From Promethearchaeota archaeon (GTDB lineage Archaea > Asgardarchaeota > Lokiarchaeia > Sigyniarchaeales > SOKP01), in assembly GCA_048938445.1 (NCBI GenBank), contig JBHLME010000143.1, positions 1-10,658 of the forward strand: 10,658 bases of DNA, in the 5' to 3' direction. A program made the position numbers and the translations under genes. The notes under the pieces are model-generated. The model saw only the letters and a program-made list of their open reading frames with translations. It had not been told where the DNA came from and did not search any database. Positions 1 through 7,307 of the stretch are shown one piece after another (within the stretch, counting starts at the first letter, position 1; the number at the start of each line of letters is the position of its first letter).

Positions 1-276
1 AAAAAATTTTTTTTTATATTTGAAAAATTATTGAACTAATCTTAAAATAACAATTTTTATTTTGTCTATATTATATCTTTGTCTAGATATGTGTTTAATT
101 AAATAAATCATTTTTCATATCAAAATAAAAATCTCTTTACTAGATATATCATTTGGAAATATATAAAGCTTCTTAGTCTGTAAAAATCAAAGAGATAAAT
201 TCGTACAAAAAACAGATAAATTTAAATACTAGTAGTCTATAGAAATCTATTATTTTATCAAAATTAAACTTTGATC

Positions 277-647
277 TCATTGAGGAGGTCTTGCTAGTCT
301 ATTTCTTTTTTCATCAAAATATAAAATATAATATTTGCCTAATATTTTTTCTTAGCGTGAATGGAATTCAGGATTTTTTACCTTTATCCATCTCATTTTA
401 TGCTTCATTTTCCATATTAAACACTTTTCTTCCTTGATTAACCCAAATTCCATTGAAAGTTTATCATAAATATTTTCCTTGTTTCCTTATTCTACTTATT
501 TAACTATTATTCTTTTAAATCCCGCATTTTTTCAAGCAATTATTTTGAAAGATCTTTTATATTATTCCTAACAGACTTACGGACATAAAATGAAGGCTTT
601 TTTCTCAATTCTGTTAGAATTTTTAAAATTTCATCATTTTTTTATGG
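277..647 (-). pseudogene. Degraded 3' remnant of a DNA alkylation repair (AlkC/AlkD-like, HEAT-like repeat) gene
   Basis: Manual minus-strand translation from 647 gives P*KNDEILKILTELRKKPSFYVRKSVRNNIKDLSK*LLEKMRDLKE**, resembling the AlkC-type motif L-x2-L-x2-D-x-S-x-YVRKSVANNLxDISK. After a frameshift (about 505-480) it continues KENIYDKLSMEFGLIKEEKCLIWKMKHKMRWIKVKNPEFHSR*EKILGKYYILYFDEKRNRLARPPQ* to TGA at 279-277. There are several in-frame stops and no recognisable N-terminal half. Confidence 0.7.
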
Positions 648-714
648 AAGAAGATTGTTTAATAATATTTTCAATATAATTATGTAAGAGATCATTTAAC
701 GCATAAAATCTAAC

Positions 715-741
715 AAAAAAAATAAAGAATTTTTTAAAAAA
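715..741 (-). terminator. Putative archaeal oligo-T terminator for the surface-protein gene
   Basis: On the minus strand a T6 run (741-736) directly follows the TAA stop, and a T8 run lies at 722-715. Confidence 0.45.
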
Positions 742-1602
742 TTAAAGACCCTTCTTCTTTTTAATCACATAGATTAATCCTACAACTGTGATTGCAGACA
801 CAGAGATAATTAGTGGAATTTCAAATCCTGGAATTGAAGATTCTCCTTGTGTCATCAATATTGCAGTTTTATCATCGTATTTTACTTCTCCTTTAGTCAA
901 AATACCATTCTCATCATATTCCATGCTTATTGATATTTCTTTAGATGATTCATTAAAGAAACCCTCAACAATGTTTATCTGAAATCCACTTGTTAAAGCA
1001 CTAACAGTTATATCAGTAGAACTTCCTATTAAAGCATCTCGAGCTTGATTAAATTCTGCAACTAAAGTTGTCCAATCAATAGATTTTGAGACAATCAATG
1101 CAATTAAAAATAATGTCCCGTCATTAACATCAATAATGTCATTAATTGTTCCATTTAAGGATTTTATGGTCTCATTAAAGTAGAGCATTGATGAATCGAA
1201 TATAGGGATTTCAAATGGTGAGATTGATGAGATAGCTTGGCCTAATATTCGAAATTCACCACTACATGTAAGATTAGCATATGGAATTCCCGCTTTATAT
1301 CCTACTCCTCCTTCAGCGGTAATATCGACTGCAAGTTCTAATTCGCCTAAATCAATTAAATTGCTTGATAACCAATCTGGGAGCTGAACTTGGCCATTAC
1401 CAAGATTAGCAGAATTATTATAATCTTGAATTAATGGCCCAATTCCCCCTGATTCTGGATCAATTGTCCATACAAGTTCATCACCTACAGAGACACCCAC
1501 GTATGTTGGCAACGTTCCAGCAACAGAAATACTCATTGAAGAAATTAGGATTATTGAAGAAAGAAGGATTAAACTAGATAATTTTATTTTTTTATATCTC
1601 AT
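742..1602 (-). CDS. Secreted cell-surface (glyco)protein with a C-terminal PGF-CTERM/Loki-CTERM-type sorting signal
   Basis: 286-aa ORF. Basic plus hydrophobic N-terminal signal peptide (MRYKKIKLSSLILLSSIILISSMSISVA); C-terminal IPGF, hydrophobic helix and KKKK tail; five N-x-S/T sequons (NNS, NLT, NET, NGT, NES); purine-rich AAGGGGAAG just upstream of the ATG. Confidence 0.85.
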   Translation of the reverse strand: MRYKKIKLSSLILLSSIILISSMSISVAGTLPTYVGVSVGDELVWTIDPESGGIGPLIQDYNNSANLGNGQVQLPDWLSSNLIDLGELELAVDITAEGGVGYKAGIPYANLTCSGEFRILGQAISSISPFEIPIFDSSMLYFNETIKSLNGTINDIIDVNDGTLFLIALIVSKSIDWTTLVAEFNQARDALIGSSTDITVSALTSGFQINIVEGFFNESSKEISISMEYDENGILTKGEVKYDDKTAILMTQGESSIPGFEIPLIISVSAITVVGLIYVIKKKKGL

Positions 1603-1873
1603 TTCTTCCCCTTTATTAAATATAAATCAATTTAAGATAGTAATCTTAATTTGCATATTTAAATCTAATTTTTTAAGAAACACGCTCTAAAATCATTTTT
1701 TTTAAACTTCATTAAAGTATTTTAAAAAAAGAAAGATAAATTAAATGTTTTTTTAGATAATCATTATTTAACTTAACATTTTTTCGAAAAGTATGTTTAA
1801 TGATATAAGAAGAAAAACGCAAAAATCTTAAGTGTTTTATGTCTAGAAATATTAAAATCTTGAAACTAAAAAA

Positions 1874-3859
1874 ATGCATGTGCTAGATGTAAGGAAAGGA
1901 AATTTTCCAATAATCATATTACCTAATTTTGGTCAACCAACCTTAATTAATTTTCAAGATTATAAAGATAAGAATGGGAATTATACAAAAAGAATAAATT
2001 TTGATGCTTTTATCATTGCCAATTCAGGTCAGACGATACAAGAAATACTTGAATATTTCCATCTTAATATCTATATTCAACCAATTTTAAAAGATGAGGG
2101 AAATTTTAATGAAAGACGAGGGGAAAGATACCCCCTTCATTTGTTGGAAATACACAAGATTGAAAACACAGATATCAAGACTGATGATTTGTTAACTACA
2201 GATGATTGTATCATACGAGATTTTTCTAATAATCTATTAAAAATTAAGAGAGTTTTTGGTAAGAGAAACGAAATCTATAATGTAAAGATGAAGGTTCGTA
2301 AAAAGAAAGTTTTAGAAAAATTGTTAGAAGAATCAAAAAAAAGTTGTTTATTATGTGATATAATTCATGTTCCACCAAATACACTAATGGAAAAGATAAA
2401 TTATCATGCTATTGCTTTTTTTAATAAAGAATGGTCGAATTTTAGATTCATTCACTCCACAGATTTTCATATAGCTCGTAGAAATGATTTTATAGCTAAA
2501 TTTTTCAAAGAAAAAATAAATAAGAAGTTAAAAAAAAGAAGAATAATTTCACGATCCCAAGCACTCTATTTAACCACTAAATTAAAATTCAGGGAAGGTA
2601 TTCAGGAAGATAAATTAGAGGATTTACGTTATTCTAAATATAATTTTAATTATAATCTACGACAGCTTATAGAATTTGTCAATACTCAAGTAAATTATGA
2701 AGAATTAGATTTTGTTTTAATGACGGGTGATTTAATAGATTATCTTAATATTGCAAGGGGTAATTATCAATATACAAATAATTTTCACGTGTTTTTTCAC
2801 ATCCTCCTCGGATTAAATAAAGGGATAGATAAACCACCATATCTTTCTGATGATGAACTTATAAATAAAAAAGAGATATTAGCCCCTGTTTTTTTGAATG
2901 TAGGGAATCATGATTATCGTAAAGGGCATTATAGCCTTAATTTTGGGAAAACATATCAAGTTTTTGGAATGGAAAAGAAAGATATAAGATATTATTCAGA
3001 TATTAGATTCTTTAACTATTTTAAAGCACTCTATTCAAGGGATAAGTTTTTAAGAGATTATTTTAGGTTATTCAATCCAAATTTAAATTATAAAATAAAA
3101 ATCGGACAGCAATATAACATAATTTTTTTAGATACTGGTCATGATTCTATAGCAAATTTGCACGATTTTTTAAGAGGAAGTCCAAGTTCGAAAGGTTTAA
3201 AAGATGAACAAATAGATTTACTGAGAGCTTATATTAAGTTATGTCAGGATGAAAAAATTATTATTGCAATGCATACACCCCCTGTTTCTCCTTATCTAAA
3301 TTATTTTAAAAAAAGAAAATATAAAAAAAAATTCAAGCTAGATCGTAATATTGAATGGGCTGATTTTTATGAGGATAATTTAAGAAAATATTATAAAAAA
3401 GGGAGACTTGAGAAATTATTAAAATTAAAATATCAAACAATAATGTATAATTGGAAGAGATTTTTAAAAATTTGTACTGGTTCAGATGATAAAATTAGTA
3501 GAAAAATAGAAATGGTATTATGTGGACATACTCATTCTTTAAAAGAATTTAGGTTAAAAGAAGTTAAAAAAAAGGAAAGTGTATCCATTAATCTCGGTTT
3601 TTTAATGCTACCTATTTATATAGATATACCATGTAAGATTTACTCTAATAATTATAGGAAAATTATTGAAGAATTTAAAAATCCAGGGGAATTAAAAATT
3701 TGGTTTGATATTAACAAGCCTTTTGTATTTCAAACTCAAGCTGTCGGTCCTTTGTCGATACATTTTAGATTTAAACCACCTGGATTTAGATATATCACGG
3801 TTAAAGATAATCAATTAAATAGTCTAAAAATATATTCTTTACACATGATAGATGATTGA
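1874..3859 (+). CDS. Calcineurin-like metallophosphoesterase family protein, large, with N-terminal extension and insertions
   Basis: 661-aa ORF with all five metallophosphoesterase motifs in order: TDFH (D197), TGDLIDY (about 285), GNHD (344), MHTP (H467), GHTH (551). Confidence 0.85.
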   Translation: MHVLDVRKGNFPIIILPNFGQPTLINFQDYKDKNGNYTKRINFDAFIIANSGQTIQEILEYFHLNIYIQPILKDEGNFNERRGERYPLHLLEIHKIENTDIKTDDLLTTDDCIIRDFSNNLLKIKRVFGKRNEIYNVKMKVRKKKVLEKLLEESKKSCLLCDIIHVPPNTLMEKINYHAIAFFNKEWSNFRFIHSTDFHIARRNDFIAKFFKEKINKKLKKRRIISRSQALYLTTKLKFREGIQEDKLEDLRYSKYNFNYNLRQLIEFVNTQVNYEELDFVLMTGDLIDYLNIARGNYQYTNNFHVFFHILLGLNKGIDKPPYLSDDELINKKEILAPVFLNVGNHDYRKGHYSLNFGKTYQVFGMEKKDIRYYSDIRFFNYFKALYSRDKFLRDYFRLFNPNLNYKIKIGQQYNIIFLDTGHDSIANLHDFLRGSPSSKGLKDEQIDLLRAYIKLCQDEKIIIAMHTPPVSPYLNYFKKRKYKKKFKLDRNIEWADFYEDNLRKYYKKGRLEKLLKLKYQTIMYNWKRFLKICTGSDDKISRKIEMVLCGHTHSLKEFRLKEVKKKESVSINLGFLMLPIYIDIPCKIYSNNYRKIIEEFKNPGELKIWFDINKPFVFQTQAVGPLSIHFRFKPPGFRYITVKDNQLNSLKIYSLHMIDD

Positions 3860-3890
3860 AGAGCTCTTCAATTAACTATGTTCATTTAAG

Positions 3891-3939
3891 AAATAAAGTT
3901 TTTATTATTTTTAATGTTTTTTTACTCAAGTATTTAATA
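3891..3939 (+). promoter_or_regulatory. Putative promoter block upstream of flavoenzyme copy 1
   Basis: Aligns by hand with 5089-5136 upstream of copy 2 (about 38/48 identical, one gap) and contains AAAG followed by TATA-like AT tracts. Confidence 0.5.
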
Positions 3940-3987
3940 TATAATGTAAAAGAATATACAAAATTATTAAAGAGCGTGAAAAATTAT

Positions 3988-5025
3988 ATGGTAATCAAAA
4001 CAGATATTACTGAAATGCTTGGAATAGAAAAACCAATCATCGGAGCTCCTATGGGTCCCTTTTACACTACGGAACTCACAGTTGCTGTTTCTAGCAATGG
4101 TGGATTAGGTGTCCTTTCTCATACTAACTTATTAGGGAAGAGCAGTATTGATGAATTAATGAGAAACATGGAATATGTTGTCGAACATACTGATAAACCT
4201 TTTGGATTCAACATCCGAACAGCTAGAATGCAACCTGATGCTCCAACACTGTGTAGAAAGATTCCAAAATTCATCATGGATAATCCAAGAATTAAGGAAC
4301 AATGCAGGTATGTCATTACAAGTGCAGGCAGTCCACGTATGATACGTCAAAGTAAATCCTTCCAAAAATTAGTAGAAAGTGGTTCGCAAATTAAACACTT
4401 TCATGTAGCTCCAGCTCTTTGGCTTGCTGATAAATGTGTTGAAGCAGGTGTAGATGGTGTAGTAGTTACTGGTACAGAAGGTGGAGGACATCAATCATAT
4501 GAAAAAGTAAGCACGTTAGTACTTGCTCAGCAGGTAAAGAAGAAATATCCCGATCTTCCCATGATATTATGTGGTGGTTTTGCCACGGGTATTGGTTTAG
4601 CCGCAGCAGTGAGTATGGGTGCTGGTGCTGTAGCAATGGGTTCAAGATTCATCGCCTCCCAAGAAAGCGAATTTCACCAAAGTTATAAGGAAATCGTGCC
4701 TTCAGCAAAAGCAGATGATACTGTATTGGTAACTGGATTCTTAGGTCCAATTAGGTTATGGAAAAATGACTATGCTGACAGCCATGGATTAGTAGCAAAT
4801 AAAGATGAAAAAATAGCCGAAGAGCAAGCAATGACCGCGGAGATGCTCATGGAAGACCAAAAGCATTATGAAATGACTTATGAAGGAGACATTACCCATG
4901 GGGCTGTCCTTTTGGGTCAAAGCATTGGATTAATAGATAGTGTTGACAATGTTTCAACTATAATGGACTCGATGGTTGTTGAAGCTGAAAAATATTTAAA
5001 GAAAGGATTTAGCGCAGTTCAGTAA
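3988..5025 (+). CDS. Nitronate monooxygenase / enoyl-ACP(CoA) reductase FabK-family FMN flavoenzyme, copy 1 (345 aa)
   Basis: Family motifs LGIEKPIIGAPM, GGLGVL, TDKPFGFN, EGGGH, GG..TG.GLAAA..MGA.AVAMGSRF and GQSIGLI. Start moved from TTG 3856 to ATG 3988 because this gives the same length and N-terminus as copy 2, and an SD-like GAGCGTGA lies at 3972-3979. Confidence 0.92.
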   Translation: MVIKTDITEMLGIEKPIIGAPMGPFYTTELTVAVSSNGGLGVLSHTNLLGKSSIDELMRNMEYVVEHTDKPFGFNIRTARMQPDAPTLCRKIPKFIMDNPRIKEQCRYVITSAGSPRMIRQSKSFQKLVESGSQIKHFHVAPALWLADKCVEAGVDGVVVTGTEGGGHQSYEKVSTLVLAQQVKKKYPDLPMILCGGFATGIGLAAAVSMGAGAVAMGSRFIASQESEFHQSYKEIVPSAKADDTVLVTGFLGPIRLWKNDYADSHGLVANKDEKIAEEQAMTAEMLMEDQKHYEMTYEGDITHGAVLLGQSIGLIDSVDNVSTIMDSMVVEAEKYLKKGFSAVQ

Positions 5026-5027
5026 AT

Positions 5028-5058
5028 AATTGTATTTTACAATTTCTCTTTTTTTTTT
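5028..5058 (+). terminator. Putative terminator: short inverted repeat plus oligo-T
   Basis: AATTGTA-TTT-TACAATT (5028-5044), then T10 (5049-5058), right after the copy-1 stop. Confidence 0.6.
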
Positions 5059-5088
5059 CTCTTATTTTCCTTTTAAACGAAGGAATCT

Positions 5089-5136
5089 AAACAAAGTTTA
5101 AATTATTTCAAATGCTTTCATACACAATATTTATTA
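5089..5136 (+). promoter_or_regulatory. Putative promoter block upstream of flavoenzyme copy 2
   Basis: Homologous to 3891-3939; AAACAAAG followed by TTTAAATT resembles an archaeal BRE-TATA. Confidence 0.5.
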
Positions 5137-5178
5137 CTAACAAAAAAGTCATAAAAGGTTAAGAAGTGAGAATAAAAT

Positions 5179-6216
5179 ATGGTAATTAGTACAAACATTA
5201 CTGAAATGCTTGGAATTGATAAACCTATAATTGGAGCACCAATGGGTCCTTTTTACACGACTGAACTCTGCATTGCAATCTCGAATGCCGGTGGTTTAGG
5301 AGTATTATCCCACACCAATCTTGGCATGAAAAGTTCTATAGAAGAAATGATGAAAAATATGGAACATGTTGTGGAGCATACAGATAAACCTTTTGGATTT
5401 AATATAAGAACCTCAAGAATGCAACCTGATGCAACCGCATTAGTGAGAAAGATTCCAAAATTTATCATGGATAATCCAAAAATAAAGGAACAATGCAGGT
5501 ATGTCATAACGAGCGCAGGTAGTCCTCGAATGATTCGTCAAAGTAAAAATTTTCAAAAATTAATAGAAAGTGGTTCGGAAATTAAACATTTTCATGTAGC
5601 ACCAGCACTCTGGCTTGCTGATAAATGTGTAGATGCAGGCGTAGATGGAATGGTCATTACAGGCACAGAAGGTGGGGGACATCAATCCTATGAAAAAGTA
5701 AGCACGTTAGTTCTTGCACAACAGGTAAAGGAAAAATATCCGGATGTCCCAATTATCTTATGTGGTGGTTATGCAACAGGTTATGGATTAGCATCTGCTT
5801 TAGCTATGGGTGCGGGTGCAATTGCAATGGGTTCACGATTTATTGCTTCTAAAGAAAGTGAATTTCATGAAACTTATAAAAGTGTCGTACCACCAGCCAA
5901 AGCTGAAGATACTGTTATAGTAACAGGGGTATTAGGTCCTATAAGACTCTGGAAAAATAAATATTCTTTACATCATGATGCAGTACAAAGTAAAGAAGAG
6001 AAGATAGCTCAAGAAGAGGGAATCACTGCTGAAATGCTTATCGAAATTAATAAAAAATACGAATTAGCATATGAGGGAAACATAGAAGATGGTGCTGTTT
6101 TATTAGGTCAGAGTATTGGTATCATTAATTCGATTGAAAGTGTATCAGACATAATGAATAAAATCATAGTTGATGCAGAAAAATACCTAAAAAATGCGGT
6201 TTCAGTAATTAAATAG
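5179..6216 (+). CDS. Nitronate monooxygenase / enoyl-ACP(CoA) reductase FabK-family FMN flavoenzyme, copy 2 (345 aa)
   Basis: Same motifs as copy 1; ungapped alignment with about 76% aa identity by hand count (about 82 differences in 345). Confidence 0.92.
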   Translation: MVISTNITEMLGIDKPIIGAPMGPFYTTELCIAISNAGGLGVLSHTNLGMKSSIEEMMKNMEHVVEHTDKPFGFNIRTSRMQPDATALVRKIPKFIMDNPKIKEQCRYVITSAGSPRMIRQSKNFQKLIESGSEIKHFHVAPALWLADKCVDAGVDGMVITGTEGGGHQSYEKVSTLVLAQQVKEKYPDVPIILCGGYATGYGLASALAMGAGAIAMGSRFIASKESEFHETYKSVVPPAKAEDTVIVTGVLGPIRLWKNKYSLHHDAVQSKEEKIAQEEGITAEMLIEINKKYELAYEGNIEDGAVLLGQSIGIINSIESVSDIMNKIIVDAEKYLKNAVSVIK

Positions 6217-6235
6217 TATAAGTTAGATTGGTTTC

Positions 6236-6267
6236 AAGGTTAAACCTTTATCTATTTCTTTTTTTTT
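6236..6267 (+). terminator. Putative terminator: short inverted repeat plus oligo-T
   Basis: AAGGT-TAA-ACCTT (6236-6248), then T9 (6259-6267), downstream of the copy-2 stop. Confidence 0.55.
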
Positions 6268-6350
6268 ATCTATATTAAAATTTTTTAAACAATGGTAATT
6301 ATTTTTAATACTACCAATATTAACCAATAAAATACCATAAATGAGAAAAT

Positions 6351-6830
6351 ATGTCTGAAAATAGAATTGAAATTAGTCCATTTGAATATAGCGAATACTT
6401 TTTCAAAACTACTGGATTGCTAGTTTCAGCGGATAAAAATGGTAAATTCAACATGATGGCATTAGATTGGAAGACCATAGGGGATTTATGGTATCATCCC
6501 ATAATAACCATTGCCGTGGCTTATAATAGGTACACTTATGAATTATTAACCGAAAACTTAGATGAATTCACCATAAACATACCATCCAATAAGACGAGCC
6601 ATGCAATTGACATAGGAGGTTCATATTCTGGAAAGACTACTGACAAAATAAAACAAGCAGGATTGATAATGATTCCTGGTAAAATGGTTAAAGTTCCTAC
6701 AATTGCAGATTGTTTACTTAGTTATGAATGTAAGATTATAGGTTCAAGCAAGACAGAATTTAAAGCAAGCCACCATCTATTTTTTGGTGAAATTTTAGCA
6801 GCTTATGCTTTTAAAGATATAATTTCATAA
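6351..6830 (+). CDS. Flavin reductase-like / flavoredoxin family protein (FMN-binding split barrel)
   Basis: 159-aa ORF with typical segments LLVSAD..GKFNMM, RYTYELL...EFTINIP, GSYSG...DK, VPTI..C.LSYECKI and HHLFFGEI. Confidence 0.88.
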   Translation: MSENRIEISPFEYSEYFFKTTGLLVSADKNGKFNMMALDWKTIGDLWYHPIITIAVAYNRYTYELLTENLDEFTINIPSNKTSHAIDIGGSYSGKTTDKIKQAGLIMIPGKMVKVPTIADCLLSYECKIIGSSKTEFKASHHLFFGEILAAYAFKDIIS

Positions 6831-6834
6831 TTCT

Positions 6835-7275
6835 TCAAATATATTCATGATTTTTATTTTCACAGGAGCATGTCGTAGAATTTAAAATGCTTTCTCCACA
6901 AGGGCATTGATCAGGATGATCATATTTCTCGCAGATTTTGTTAACTGTCTCACAAGATAAGAGTAAATTAAATTTTTCACTTTCTTCATGAGCAACTTTA
7001 CTATCTAAACCTAACTCATTGATTAATAAACACTCAAGAAGTCGAGAATGTCTTATTAATTCGATGGCGAGATTTTTACCTTTTTCTGATAAAACTACAG
7101 ATTTGTATCGTTCATATATGACATAACCTTCTTTCTCCAATCTCTTGATGCAACTTCCAATAGTAGAATGCGCAAGGTTTAGTTCATTTGATATTTCTCC
7201 TACTTTAATGGCCTTATCTGCCCGAAATACGATTTTTAAAACCTTATATTCAATGTCTAACATGTTCTTGTTCAT
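6835..7275 (-). CDS. DtxR/MntR-family metal-dependent transcriptional regulator (short form, no FeoA domain, Cys-rich C-terminus)
   Basis: 146-aa ORF with a winged HTH (EISNELNLAHSTIGSCIKRLEKEGYVIYERYKSVVLSEKG), dimerisation helices R..RLLE.LL...LG....AHEE and a P..CPxG..I tail. The start could also be ATG 7263. Confidence 0.9.
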   Translation of the reverse strand: MNKNMLDIEYKVLKIVFRADKAIKVGEISNELNLAHSTIGSCIKRLEKEGYVIYERYKSVVLSEKGKNLAIELIRHSRLLECLLINELGLDSKVAHEESEKFNLLLSCETVNKICEKYDHPDQCPCGESILNSTTCSCENKNHEYI

Positions 7276-7307
7276 ATGAAATTAATGTGAATTATAATAG
7301 TTTAATG

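Noticed and set aside
60-330. Roughly 60-bp spacing of TAGTCT suggesting a degenerate CRISPR array
   Set aside because: Only 6-8 nt are shared, spacing of other words is irregular, one copy is in the pseudogene, and no cas genes are present.
221-437. Plus-strand TTTAAATA box, GAGGAGGT and a 48-codon TTG ORF from 291
   Set aside because: The TTG is only 1 nt from the SD-like word, which is explained as the antisense of Pro-Pro codons in the pseudogene.
146-460. ORB-like words (TCATTTGGAAAT, TTCCATTGAAAG) suggesting a replication origin
   Set aside because: Spacing does not match ORB consensus, there is no G-string or cdc6/orc1 gene in view, and one word lies inside the pseudogene.
788-982. 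64-aa plus-strand ORF
   Set aside because: Antisense shadow of the surface-protein gene.
1675-1827. Imperfect palindrome around TTTTCGAAAA (1775-1797) and loose repeat AAGAAA.ACGC..AAAATC (about 1675 and 1810)
   Set aside because: AT-rich and imperfect with variable spacing; not distinguishable from chance or ordinary BRE-like sequence.
3856-3987. 44-aa N-terminal extension of flavoenzyme copy 1 in the ORF track
   Set aside because: Absent from copy 2, low-complexity and AT-rich, and it overlaps the promoter block shared by both copies; ATG 3988 fits better.
4119-5507. Minus-strand ORFs 4119-4316, 4156-4365 and 5253-5507, two of them similar to each other
   Set aside because: Antisense shadows; their similarity simply reflects the duplicated sense genes.
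3857-6837. TGA stops of the phosphoesterase (3857-3859) and regulator (6837-6835) as possible selenocysteine codons
   Set aside because: Both proteins are complete at the TGA, readthrough hits TAA within about 10 codons, and no SECIS-like hairpin was seen.
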